The position numbers were made by a program, and so were the translations under genes. Source: Schmidtea polychroa (taxonomy: Eukaryota). From it: 64,000 nucleotides of DNA. Location of the stretch: assembly GCA_044892525.1 (NCBI GenBank), contig CM097885.1, forward strand, positions 34,970,001-35,034,000, written 5' to 3'. Under the pieces are notes generated by a model, which was given only the letters and a program-made list of their open reading frames with translations, had not been told where the DNA came from and ran no database searches. Shown here piece by piece: positions 26,608 to 38,813 of this stretch. Within the stretch, counting starts at the first letter, position 1, and each line of letters opens with the position of its first letter.

Positions 26608-29571
26608 CAGTGATGTCCAACACAGTCGCCACTCGCCACATGTGGCGAGTGGGCTATGTGCTTGTGGCGAATGTAGCATTTTTTTAATGTTTTATTTAAT
26701 ACTTCAATTCTATCCATAATACAAAGTTGTAACCAAAACATAAACAACGACAAATTTTTATTTTGTAATCTTACATGCTAAGAAATGCTCATGGCAGATC
26801 CCGGTGTGTCAAATTTACGTACACATAGTGTCATGTGATTGTTTATTAAGAACTAAAATTTCGTTTTTAATTAATTTAGGTGTTTTCAAATAAACTAAAG
26901 TAATTTAAATGATTATTATTGTTATTTACCTGCATTGCTGTTGTTTACAATTGGGTTACAATGAAAAAAAAGGAGATAGCTCTACATTCTACAAAAAATA
27001 TATTAATCTATCTCTTTCCTCTCATTATACTATGTAGCAACTCAGTCAGTAACCGTATACCTGTCGTATACCGAAAAACACTATGTTAGCGTTATGAATG
27101 TAATAGATGTAGACAGCAGTACTTTTCTGTAAATTTATATATAGACTGCTTTTTCCAACCAATGCACTATGTTCCAACTAACATTACGTACGTACACATA
27201 GTGAGACAGTAGGATGTTTTAAGTATCTGCACTCTCATTCATATTTATTATTGTTTAAGTTAATTCCTAATTTATTATAATTTTGTTACAAGTAGTAAAC
27301 AGAAGAAAACAAAAAAAAATTTTTATGCCAAAATGTGCTTCTTATCTATTTGTGATTACACTTTATCTATTTATGAAAACGCTTTTTTAAAATTTAAAAA
27401 CAAATGACATTTTCATCAAAGTAGGCGTTTTTTTGGTTTGTTTTCCCGTTGTATGAATCCCATGTATTAGTCTCATGTTTGTTTTTGTTAAATAAACAAC
27501 TAACGTGCGACTTTAAATATTACATATTATTCTTTTGAAATTATATTAAAATTATTTCACCGAAAAATGGATAAATATTTAAAACGACATTCCGATACTG
27601 ATAGTTCAGCTAGGCAAGAAAAAGCAACTGGTTCAACTCAATTAGAACCCAAAAAAAGAGATTGGAAAAAGGTTTGCCGCAAATTTAATGGTAAATGGGA
27701 ACTAGAATTTGCTGTAATGGAACAAAACCAAAAAACTGTATGTATATTGTGTAACAAAACTTTTAATGACAATAAAGTGGACAGCATAAAAAAGCATTAT
27801 CAACAAATGCATAGTGAATTTGATTGTAAGTTTCCTATCGGCAAGCAAGTTAGAACGAATGAAATAACTCGCTTAAAGTCAAAATTAGAAGGACAGCAAT
27901 CTTTTTTTAAACGGTTTTTAACTACATCCGAACTTATTACTTTGGCTAGCTACAAAACGGCTTGGATTTTAGCTCAAAAAAGAAAACCTTTTTCGGATGG
28001 AGAACTAATCAAAGAGATTGTCCTGTCTATTATGGAAATTTTACTTGAAAATTATGAAGAACCTTTGAAGAAAGATATAATGCAAAAAATAGAAAACATG
28101 CAATTGAGTCACCAAACTATTGCTCTTAGAATGCAAGACTTGATGAAAAACATCAATAAGCAATTGCTCCAACATTTGAAAAGTTGTATATGTTTTTCTT
28201 TAGCATTAGACGAGTCATATGACATCCGAGACACTGCTCAGTTAATTTTTTGGATACGCCTGGTTTCAAAAGACTTGGAAATATATGAAGAAATGTTGAC
28301 AATCCGTGGAATGAAAGACCGTACTAGAGGCGTAGATATTTTTGAAATTTTCAAAAGTGTCGCTGAAGACTTTCAATTAGATATGACGAAATTAGTTTCT
28401 GTCACAACAGATGGTGCTCCAGCGATGCTTGGACAAAAATCTGGATTTGTCGGTATTTGAAGTTGTTAATTATATTCGTAGTAGTGCTACAAACCATCGT
28501 CAGTTTCTGGAGCTTTTAAAGGAAATTGAGGGCACTGAATTTAAAGATCTGCTATTTTTTACAAATGTTCGGTGGTTAAGTCGTGGTAAAGTTTTGGAAC
28601 GATTTGTATCATTATTAAATCCCATCCGAAATTTCCTTCAAGAAAAAGAAATGCTTATCAATTTTTCTGAAATAGAAAATAAGGAATGGCAATGCGATTT
28701 AATTTTTCTCACTGATATAACGTTACATATTAATGAATTAAATTTAAAACTTCAAGGAAAAGGAAAGCTAATATGTGATTTGGCACAGTATATACGAGAA
28801 TTTGTCTCTAAATTTAAACTTTTTGTGACACAGTTAAAAGATTATGATTTCACGCATTTCGATAATATGGAAAAATATAAAGAAGATACCAATTTTAATA
28901 TACAGCGTTATGTCGGATGGTTACAGAAACTACAAGAAAAATTTGAAGAACGTTTTATTGATGTTGAGAAATTTAGACCTGCTTTTCAACTGATGCAAGA
29001 TCCTTTCCATTTTGACATCACCAATTCTGAGTTGTCTAAAGATATCGCGAATTTGCTAAGTTTGGACCGACGTGATTTTGAAGCAGATATGCTTTTACTT
29101 CAAAGTCAGATCAATTATTCTAGAAACGATGAATCTATTTTAATGATGTGGACACGCCTCTTAAAGTCAAATGAGTTTGTGGTTCTCAACTCAGCTATTG
29201 CGAAGCTATTGAGTATGTTTGGAACAACTTGGGTTTGCGAATCTACTTTTTCAGCTGTAACTTTCATAAAATCAAAATACCGATCCAATATTAGTGATGA
29301 AAATTTGGAGGCAGAATTAAAATGTGCAGTTAGCGTGAGGTTTACACCAGATTTCAAGGGTATTGTGCAAGAAAAAAATTGCCAAGCATCACATTAAATA
29401 ATTTTTGTATTTTGTGTTTAATGTTATTAAAAAAACTTGTGTAATTCCTAAAATTGATTAAAATAAAAAACTATTATAAAACATTTTGTTTTAAATTTAT
29501 TTTAATGTGGCGAATGAAAATTTCTAAATTGACGATTGTGGCTACAATCAAATTTCTGTTGGACACCGCTG
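26608..29571 (+). mobile_element. hAT DNA transposon, Buster/SPIN (GTF2IRD2-like) group
   Basis: 15-bp TIRs CAGTGATGTCCAACA / TGTTGGACACCGCTG (2 mismatches). The flanking 8-mers differ. Confidence 0.93.
27567..29397 (+). pseudogene. hAT transposase broken by an internal deletion/frameshift at ~28458
   Basis: CILC..H..H zinc finger, FSLALDESYD, TTDGAPAM, VRWLSRG, FGTTWVCESTFS. The CxxH segment between GFVG and VVNYIRS is missing. Confidence 0.92.
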
Positions 29572-30123
29572 CCATACAATCACACATTTGTCATGACCTT
29601 GGCGAACATCTCATACAACAATTATCATTTTCTCTAAGCATCGAATTTCGACATCTTCTGGATACATATGATGACAAACTCCTCGTGGTTATGCTCTTCA
29701 CTGTGGCATACCTCCTGCTCGTTCACATCATACTTGAAGCTCCCAGATGGTACGGTCGCCGGCACCATGAAGAAAGGCTGTTTTCATTTAAATAAATTTA
29801 TTGCAAGAAATGAGTTTTATTTTTATTTTCAACCATTAACTAAATTAAACCAATAAACATAAATAAATCAACATACTTCAAGCTTCGAAAACTGGATTTA
29901 ATTGAACTTAGAACTTGTCTTGAATAAATTTGTCGCTGGTCGCTAAGTAATCCTCCTTACCAAAAAATAGAAAAGAAATAAACGAATAAAATAATTAAAT
30001 AAAATTAATAAATAAATTAAACGAAACAAATAAAAATACAACAAACAAAGAAAAAATTGAAAATACACCCCAACTAAATCCTGATTGGACGAAAAATATT
30101 ATATAAGGCGGTCGTTTAGATTA

Positions 30124-30683
30124 GTCGCTAGAAGAAAGTCGCTGTCAGCGATTAACCATCAAAGCCCAATCTGAGGCCCTGTATCAAGTGAATACAGAGT
30201 CGGAATTGCAAAAGAGAGTCCGCGAGTATCCGATCAAGGATTGAGTGAATGTGTTCCCGCTTCATCATCGAGCGGATGAACTGGACACCTCGACATCATA
30301 CCATTGTACAGGACACGGGCCGGATCTGCCAAAAATTGTAGACCCCATTCTGAGCGGGGCAGCCACAGCTGGTTCTTCTTCAGCACAAATTCCTCTTGTG
30401 CTACTTCTTAGAGTCTCTGCAGCTAATAACAGTCAACTATCTAGCACCGCACAGAAAAACGAAAACGTCTGTCCAGAGCAGAGAGAACAGTGGAAAGGAG
30501 AGGGAAGATAAACGAGTTCGAAACATCTCTAAATCTGCAATTGCTCAAAACAATGTTAACGTCCACCCAGTGATATCACAGGATACTTTCCGAGTGGTTT
30601 CGTTACCGGTAATGATTCCACCGAAAGACCCTTGGCTACATGTCGATATGGACGCACGGCTGACCGAAGGAGAGATAATGTAG
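30124..30683 (+). pseudogene. Degenerate copy of an unknown ORF homologous to 31034-31816
   Basis: SLEESRCQRLTIKAQSEALYQVNTESELQKRVREYPIKD*VNVFPLHH...HGP...KRLSRAERT, with a stop and a frameshift. Confidence 0.65.
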
Positions 30684-31033
30684 AGAGGGGTTTTGAATGG
30701 AATTCTGGATAGAACTATTCGAAAGTCGCACCAGCTGGCGAGAGTGCAGAATTCTGTAAATAACAACATTTGAATTATAATTTTACTTGGTTGATCCCTT
30801 TGACATGATTTCTGATTCTGTATATCGTAATAAAACCTTGAATGTTGGTTGATTTCTTATTTGTCGTATGGTGTGTTTGAACATTTGATTTCGACGACAA
30901 ATATTTTTGTGGTTATCTAAACACGAGGATGTCAGTTTGAGTTTCCTAATTATTATAAATAAAGGGCGATGATAAATAGTGAGTATTGAGAGTTCCCGTT
31001 CCAATTTGGTTTTTGGAAAGTTTATCAGGTTAA

Positions 31034-31816
31034 TCAATAGTTTGGCTCGATGGAAACGAGAGTGTTTGAATCAAGGTCACGAGATGGTATAAGTATGAAC
31101 TCTAATGTTGGGTCGTGGACAGGCATCGAACAAGTGGCTGAGATGGTCCTGTATTGCGTGATTGTAAGTAGGACTGGAGCAGGTTGTGGGAAAACTTTGC
31201 TAACTGCGGTGACAGAGAACAGGGTCGCTTCCATGGCCGATATCTCGTCACGGCGTTTCTTTGTCCTTTCGGCTCTGGTTAAACGCTTCTTTTTCCGGGG
31301 TTTTGACTGGGTTAGGATGGCAGAGGAATTCTCTAAAACAATCGGTGGTTTCGGGACGTTAGCGAGAGTCGGTTGTAGCTGGCTGGTCTCCGTAAATATG
31401 ACATCAAGTATTACAGAAGGAGAGGCCTCGGGCCCATGATGAATGCACCGTGACGTGGATGGATCGACAATGCCATCGGTTTGATGGTGAATTGGGAATA
31501 CATTCCCTTTATCCAAGATAGGATATTCATTAATCCGACGTTTCAGCTCTGCCTCGGAGTAAATTTGGTACAGGGCCTCAAATTGGGTCTTGATTGTGAG
31601 ACGTTTGCATCGACTTTCCTCGAGCAGGCTAAATAGTGAGATCTTTTTATTAGCGTCTTTCATATGTGGTGAGGAGAACCACGTACCTTCCAGCGTGTCG
31701 ATAGGCCTTTTGGGAACCCCAACATATTCATTCAATTTCTGCAGACTTGCATTTTTATTGGCAGACGAGAAACACGGTCTCGGGCCGGTTGGTGGGAGAT
31801 TCGGTTCCGACATCAA
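31034..31816 (-). CDS. Unknown ~260-aa ORF, probably a repeat-element accessory ORF
   Basis: Open, GC-richer than flanks, with an inverted diverged paralogue at 30124-30683 and a basic KPRKKKRLTRAERTKKRR patch. No family recognised. Confidence 0.55.
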   Translation of the reverse strand: MMSEPNLPPTGPRPCFSSANKNASLQKLNEYVGVPKRPIDTLEGTWFSSPHMKDANKKISLFSLLEESRCKRLTIKTQFEALYQIYSEAELKRRINEYPILDKGNVFPIHHQTDGIVDPSTSRCIHHGPEASPSVILDVIFTETSQLQPTLANVPKPPIVLENSSAILTQSKPRKKKRLTRAERTKKRRDEISAMEATLFSVTAVSKVFPQPAPVLLTITQYRTISATCSMPVHDPTLEFILIPSRDLDSNTLVSIEPNY

Positions 31817-34230
31817 CTAAACAAATGCATCTTGGTCATAACATTCACATCAATATAGCTATAATAATTTCGGTCACGCAATCTCTGTAAGGTCTCGCAT
31901 CCTATTTTTGTACATGGATTCATCATTAGTTTAGGAGTACTTATTTCCAATCTTTCATTACAACAGCGGGATTGGGACTTGATCAAAGTTACCTGGCTGC
32001 TTACCTCTTTCAGTCAGGAAAAATCGAATAATAATTTGTAGTTATTTACCTACGAAACCTAATATTAGTCAATTGTATTGGTTCGCAGGGTTAAATTAGA
32101 ATCGCTCGAAGACTTGTTTCGTAACACTTACGGATTCCTTCTCTCCTATCATTTCATCTTGAATTAATTAATATTACCCTTGGCCACTAGGAATCGAAAT
32201 CTTTAGAGTAGAAATTTACGAGGCACCTTATCAAATACCTTGCTTGTACATTGAAAATTGGGCGCGAATAGTATCTTACTGTATCTTACTGTAACTTACT
32301 GTATCTTACTCTACATTCTCTCTTTTATCGATTCACATTAGTTACACAATTTTAAGTTAGCAATTGAAATAATTTCACTTTAAATTTTATTTATAATTTA
32401 AAATGAGTATTTTGAAAATTAATCTACAGAATTTAAAAATTAATGACATTTGTTAATAACGACAAATGGTTTTAGCAGCAGAATTAGATGAATCAGAATA
32501 CATTTTTGCCCTGACTGTAAACACTTGCGTCCTACATTTAGAGGTCTGTTTATTTAAGATAACAATTTGGGAAGCCGAAATGGTAACAAATCACTCAACT
32601 TTACTGTTAGAGAGACATCCTGTTTATATTTGATTGAAATATAGATGATGACCGCCTATGATGATTTATAAGACGGACGTTGAATCAATTAAATTTTACG
32701 GGCACTAGTGCGATGATACACCCAGTTTGTTATGCCGGCGGTGGTGAAAGTTCAACTGACCTACGGAAGTTTATTCTCAGATAATTCACATTTAATTTTC
32801 AAATCTAGACCATATTCAATTCTTGGGTGATCGTGATGTTTACGCTAATTGCGGATGTCTGATGAATTCGTCGACTTTGTTGGAAAATTACGGTTAACGA
32901 ATCGATCGGCTGCAATTGTGTAAAGTCAAATTTGGAAATGACAAAATACGAAAAATGCCAATGAAGACGATACATTATTACCCTCGATCAACAGCCATGA
33001 AGAGTCAAGAATTTCATCATACTTGCTTGGCGATTACAGTTATGTGGAAGAAAAGAGACGGTAAAATTATAACTCGAGACGGATCCATTGCTGATTCAAA
33101 AAATATTATCACCGTAAAACAGCCCTATTCACACTATCAACTTTTCGCCCTAATTCTCCTCCGTCTACACTCAGGACGTAACCATCTAAGAGAACAATAT
33201 GTTCACCATCGGTACAAGTACCAACGGCTCCCAAACCGTTTCGCCATACATCATAATAATAAAATTCAATAAAAACATAAAATTTCAAGTTATCACAGTA
33301 ACATTCAAAGAAATTAGAGATATTCCAACATCACTCATCCCTGTTCATCGGAACCTATCTGGTTTCTTCGGATTTATGGCTGCTACTATGCAAATCATTC
33401 CAAGTGACATTCTCCATTCCTACTCGATCAGTGCCTACCAATCTCCTACAAGCATACGCTGTGAAATTCTTCTGTGCTACACCTTAACTGGTTCATTAGA
33501 TTGTGATCTGAAGCTTCTTCCTCGTGAATCTCAATATCTCGTCTCCATCGATGCTCGTTAAAATTTTCATATCGTTCAATATTCCCTGATTTTCTTCGGC
33601 TAATTCCTCTTGCTCATGGTCGTCCTTAGGAACGACATCGCATAGATAGATCTCCATGTCTTCGGTATTCAACTATCTCTCATTCATCAATGCGATTCTC
33701 ATCTCGTTACCTCACATCTCCTATCAGTGTCATACTCATTTCTGGGATAGCGCCTATGCTGACAGTCTTCTGCATACCCTAATCGTTCTTCTGATCGAAA
33801 TCATTATGCAAATCACGCAAATCTAAGCCTTTCCTTCGCAGTTAATAAAAATGTACACGAAATTGCGGTCAGACTTCAACTTATAACCAGTTTGATATCA
33901 ATTGATCAAAATCGATGACAGAATATTAAAAAAATATGTAAAATTCAATACTTCATTAAAAATCTTCAATTTTTATATTAGTAAAATTGTTATTCTTAAA
34001 ACATGTAAAAATATGACGTCTTTAGTTCACAAACATCTTAATTGTAAAAGCATAAAAAGCAATAAACACCTTTTGAATATATAAATATATTAACATTTTC
34101 AATTACTAGTTGTATTTTATTTATATCAATTTTACAAATTAAGAATATAGAAGACCTGATAAATGATTAAGCATTTTATTAGGATTAATATTGTAATCAA
34201 AATCGGAAATAAAGCATCCAATAAGATGAT

Positions 34231-34476
34231 TTATCTTTTACCAATCTCTCCTTTGAAAATATCTGAAATTTTATAGTACTTCCAATCATCCTCTTCTATG
34301 TATTTTAAATGATTCAATAAACGATTTTTAATTTCTTTGTGTAACTCAGTTGGCTTACGTTTATCACCTTCATTGGGTGAATTTTGATGGAAAGATTCAA
34401 TAGTACTATAATAAGATACTGAATCAGACGAAGTCTGCACTGTAGACGTAATTGATGAATTTTCATTGTACTCCAT
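34231..34476 (-). CDS. ANAPC16-like small APC/C subunit (81 aa)
   Basis: Ser-rich N-terminus. C-terminal RLLNHLKYIEEDDWKYYKISDIFKG resembles APC16 [24 protein letters not shown]. Confidence 0.55.
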   Translation of the reverse strand: MEYNENSSITSTVQTSSDSVSYYSTIESFHQNSPNEGDKRKPTELHKEIKNRLLNHLKYIEEDDWKYYKISDIFKGEIGKR

Positions 34477-34621
34477 TAAAATTCTAAAAATTCAAATAAA
34501 AATCAAAAGATGGTTTACAATTATATAATTACAATTATTTACAACCATATTTAAACAAAGTTTCAAATTAACTGAATAAATAATATAAAAATTCAAATCG
34601 ATTACAAAAATGTATTAATCT

Positions 34622-34863
34622 TCAAAAATCATCATCATCAAAAGGATCATAGTTAATATCTAAAATAAAAAATTAATATATGAAGAAACTTAAATTGGTC
34701 ATATACCGATTAATACATCCTGTGTACCTTGATGATTCGCATTACTATAACCTACAATTTCCTATATCACAATAAAAAATAGTAATCATCGAAAATATAA
34801 ACTAACAACATCATTTGAACCACTTTCCGTTGCCATTTCAATTTGCATTACATTTTCATCCAT
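34622..34863 (-). CDS. Three-exon 49-aa acidic microprotein, COPS9/CSNAP(MYEOV2)-like (exons 34863-34807, 34761-34707, 34659-34622)
   Basis: GT-AG introns of 45 and 47 nt splice in frame to MDENVMQIEMATESGSNDVEIVGYSNANHQGTQDVLIDINYDPFDDDDF. The F/D-rich tail resembles COPS9 DFEDLFDDDDIQ. Confidence 0.6.
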
Positions 34864-35224
34864 TTCAAGAAAGTTGAAAAAAGCGGATAAAATAATTTAT
34901 AAAAACAAATTGTTAGTTAAACAATGATGTTTAAATTAATATAAAAATTAATATTTCACAAAAACAATTTTCATAGAATTTTTTTTCATTAAAAATAACA
35001 AACAAATGAAAAAAACTAATATAAATTTTTAAATCTATTTTAATTAAAAAATATGAAAGATAAATCTTTTCATGTTTATAACTAATTAATATGAAAAATA
35101 ATTTTTATAATTTTTCTGAAAAACTACCAAATGACAAGTAGCATTGTTTTAACAATTGCACTCTTAATACAACAATAATACTGTTGGGAAAAAACTAATT
35201 CTTATCATCGTTGTTCATCTAGCA

Positions 35225-35470
35225 CAGGGGTTCTTAACCTTTTCAAACTTATGGACCCCATAAATATATAATTGGTACCGACGGACCACTGAAATGTTAA
35301 AAAATTAATAAATTGATAGTAAAACACACACATTTTTTAATAATTATTTATAAATCTGTTTATTCAGCTTCAAACAAAAATAATAGTTTTTTGTAAATAG
35401 TGCCGCGAACCACTTGGAACCCGTTCGCGGACCCCCTGGGGGTCCATTGACCCCAGGTTAAGAACCACTG
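35225..35470. mobile_element. hAT (Buster/Charlie) MITE, 246 bp
   Basis: TIR CAG(G/T)GGTTCTTAACC; perfect 8-bp TSD ATCTAGCA. Confidence 0.95.
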
Positions 35471-35835
35471 ATCTAGCATAATAACACAAACGTAAGATAA
35501 ACGCAGAAAATTCAAATAATACAGTAATTATTAAAGTATTGATTAAAATAAGCAACAAACCATATTGAGTTTTAAATTCCTTTAATTCCTCTCTTAAACT
35601 ATTTATCTCCTCATTAGCTGATATCAATTCAGCACTATTAATATGTTTCACTCCAGACTCACTTTTAAATCTTACTCTATTTTGCGATTCACTTCGCACA
35701 TTATTGCATACTTTGGCTAAATTACCAAATTACTGACAATTTAATATAGCATCTCTGGCGCCTGCGTATAGAAGAGAAATAACAAAGTTTAATTTTCAGT
35801 TATTGCCTTTCTTCAAAGCATACAGTCGTCTAGTT

Positions 35836-35965
35836 ATGTCTTTGAAAAGAAAAAGAATTTTAGAAGAGGAGAAAAGAACTTTTAAAGTGAAATGGGAATC
35901 GGATTTCTTTAACGTGGAGATAGCGAATCATTCAATGAAATGCCTCATCCACAATGAAGTGGTGT
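35836..35965 (+). pseudogene. N-terminal fragment of a SPIN/Buster hAT transposase
   Basis: MSLKRKRILEEEKRTFKVKWESDFF...KCLIHNE resembles the N-terminal zinc-finger region. Confidence 0.55.
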
Positions 35966-36287
35966 GTAGTGAATTAAAAATGAAATTACTGAAAAAGAAA
36001 ACATGTTGTTTAAATATTTAGTTTTTAGTTTTCTTTGTAAATATGATTTTGAAATTTGGATAGTAACATTACAGTTTTTTGAATAAATTTTTTACTAAGC
36101 TGATAATTATTTTCGGGATTTCTTTTGAACTTGAAACTATATTAAAGGGTTTTAATTTATTTTTACTATTCCAATGGATAATAAAAATGTCGGATGATAA
36201 AGTAACATGTTGTAAATGTAATGTCAAAATCAAAAGTGGATCCATCATTACGGTTTTTATCGTGGTCGCCATGTTAGACGCAATTAA

Positions 36288-38813
36288 CACTAGGACGGCC
36301 GGAAATATTTTATACATTGGAAGGCCAAACCGGTCAATTTGACCGGTGCACATATGCTCCTTATTTTCACGCTGAAATTTCTATGATGCAACTCATTTAG
36401 CAATACTTTCTTTGTGTTACTAACAAGCTTTCAAAATTTAACTATTTTTATTCTAACAGTAGTTAATTTATTAAACTACTTACAACAATGAAATAAAAAT
36501 ATTTGTTTAGCTGACACAAAGCTACACTATTTTAAACATTGTCTTCGCGTTTATTCAGACTGGTATGTATGTATACTTCAATTCTTGTTTATAAATATTC
36601 TCTTGCTTTTATTCAAAGATAGTGCTTATTAAAAGTGTAATTAAGCAAGCATTAAGAGTTCTAAGTTTTGAAATTTGGTAAATTAAAAGAATCAAACGAA
36701 AAACTTAACGAAATTTCATAAGACAATATCTAATAATTGTTATAGAAAATCTTTGAACTTCTTGGGATAACAAACATTATAAAACCGTGTTTTCATTAGA
36801 ATCCAATAATAAATTTGACGTTTCTTATTTTACTGACGGAGTTTTTATCATTATTTTAGAATCAAATATGCCAACTAAAAGAATTGCTGCTCAACGTGCT
36901 TTACAGAAGCTATGGAATATTGACGCTGCTCTCTCCGAAGATGAAGATCAGCCTATGGGAAGTGATGATGAGCCCGAAAGAAATGATTCTGACGAAGAGT
37001 TACATGAATGGAACTCTGATGATAATGGAAGTTTGTTAGAAAGTGACAATGAGTCAGTCAATAGCTCAATTTCTTCATTAGAAAATCAGCTTTTATCTAG
37101 CAGGGATGGCACTCTTTGGAATCGAGTAGAAAACAATCACGCTATTAGTGTTGGCAGATTCCCTGCGCACAATATTTTTAGTGGAACACCTGGTGTGAAA
37201 GCTTTTGCAAAGCACAAAATTGACTCACCCCTGAGCGCTTGGCGCTTGATAGTCTCTGAGGGAATGCTGAAGTTAATTCAAAAATACACAATTATGAAAG
37301 GAAAAGAAGCTTCGTCAGACTGGTGTATCAGTCTACAAGAATTAGATGCTTTTCTTGGATTGCTGTATCTCCGTGGTGTGTTAGGCTTTCGCCGACATTC
37401 TATCAATTCAATCTGGTCATCTCAATTTGGATCTCCTTACTTCAGAGAAGTCATGTCTCGGAACCGTTTCCGTGAGATACTGCGCTTTCTTCGTTTTGAT
37501 GAACAATGTTCTCGACGTCAAAGAGTAGAACAAGATAAATATGCCCATTTTCGTGAAATATTTGACTTGTTTGTTTCAAACTGTCTTCAAGTTTATACTC
37601 CTAATCCCTTCCTTACTGTCGACGAGCAACTTTTGCCGCTAAAAAATAGGTGTTGCTTCATCCAATTTATGCCAAATAAGCCTGATAAATTCGGTATGAA
37701 ATACTGGATTCTCAGTGATGTCAAAACCAAATTTGTCATCAATCAAATGCCATATTTAGGGGCTCACGATAGAAACGAACGCTGTGGATTACGGCTGGGT
37801 GATTTTGTAGTCAGGAAACTAATGGAGCCATTTTTCAATAAAGGATACAATGTCTGCACTGACAATTTCTTTACAAGTCTCTCACTAGCTGAACATCTCC
37901 TTGTAAATCGAACAACATTGGTTGGTACTGTAAGATTAAATTCACGCTTTTTATCATCAGCTCACTTGGAGAAAAAGCCTCTTTTTGAATCGACTCATTT
38001 ATCGTGTCAAAACACTGTCAATGTTTCCTATCAAGGCAAATCGGACAAGAAAGTCATTGTCATGTCAACATTCCATTCTACTGCTAGTGTGAGATCTGAC
38101 GAAAAGAGAAAGCCTGAAATGATACACTTTTATAACAAAAATAAGACAACTGTAGATACCATGGATAGCATGTTGCGTTTATACAGCAGTAAAGCCGCAA
38201 CAGCAAGATGGCCAGTCGCTACTTTCTATGATTTGCTTGATAAAGCAGCTCTCAACGCTCATGTTATTTTCAAAGATGCTACGGGATCAACTATAAAAAG
38301 AAGGGATTTTATTTTTGAATTAGCTACATCTCTTTGTGAGGAGTTCAAAAGCCGTCGAACAGCAAGTCCCATCGCTGGTGAACTCTGTTCTGAACAACCA
38401 AAATTAAAGAAGCGAAAAACTTGTTCTGCTCCTCATTGTGATAACAAATCCGGATCTATATGCCATGTATGTAGTAAAGTTTACTGTGGAAAACATTCCC
38501 AAATGACTGTTAAATGCTTCGGTTGTGTGTAAATTATATTTGGTTTTATATTTTCTAGCATGTAAGATGATTATGTGTGACTTTCTTGTGTGTTTCAAGA
38601 TACCGGTCAAATTGACCGGTTCGGCCTTCCATGGGGATGGCCTCATTATCTCAGTCGTGACAAATGCTATAATTGAAGCTTTGATACGCACAACAAGTTC
38701 ACTAAAAATGAATAATTGTCACAAAATATGAGACGTTAATTTCTTTTCGTTTTCTCACAAAATAAAAATGAAATTGCTTAACGGTCAAAATGACCGCTCT
38801 GGCCGTCCTAGTG
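36288..38813 (+). mobile_element. Full-length piggyBac transposon (2526 bp)
   Basis: TTAA TSD both sides (36284-87, 38814-17). Perfect 13-bp TIR CACTAGGACGGCC. Internal ~30-bp inverted repeats (36318-36347, 38602-38631) with a CCGGTCAA-TTGACCGG palindrome. Confidence 0.97.
36868..38532 (+). CDS. piggyBac transposase (PGBD4-like), 554 aa, uninterrupted
   Basis: Acidic N-terminus, MSRNRF, TVDEQL, NKPDKFGMK, TDNFFTS, YNKNKTTVDTMD, C-terminal Cys-rich domain. Confidence 0.95.
   Translation: MPTKRIAAQRALQKLWNIDAALSEDEDQPMGSDDEPERNDSDEELHEWNSDDNGSLLESDNESVNSSISSLENQLLSSRDGTLWNRVENNHAISVGRFPAHNIFSGTPGVKAFAKHKIDSPLSAWRLIVSEGMLKLIQKYTIMKGKEASSDWCISLQELDAFLGLLYLRGVLGFRRHSINSIWSSQFGSPYFREVMSRNRFREILRFLRFDEQCSRRQRVEQDKYAHFREIFDLFVSNCLQVYTPNPFLTVDEQLLPLKNRCCFIQFMPNKPDKFGMKYWILSDVKTKFVINQMPYLGAHDRNERCGLRLGDFVVRKLMEPFFNKGYNVCTDNFFTSLSLAEHLLVNRTTLVGTVRLNSRFLSSAHLEKKPLFESTHLSCQNTVNVSYQGKSDKKVIVMSTFHSTASVRSDEKRKPEMIHFYNKNKTTVDTMDSMLRLYSSKAATARWPVATFYDLLDKAALNAHVIFKDATGSTIKRRDFIFELATSLCEEFKSRRTASPIAGELCSEQPKLKKRKTCSAPHCDNKSGSICHVCSKVYCGKHSQMTVKCFGCV

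Noticed and set aside
29580..29790. MKTAFLHG on the minus strand resembling copia RT
   Set aside because: Following residues do not continue the copia motif; likely chance.
32700..33850. GC-richer stretch with short ORFs (also gag-like traces at 35560-35760 and 59900-60350)
   Set aside because: Probably decayed retroelement sequence, but no motif was clear enough to call.
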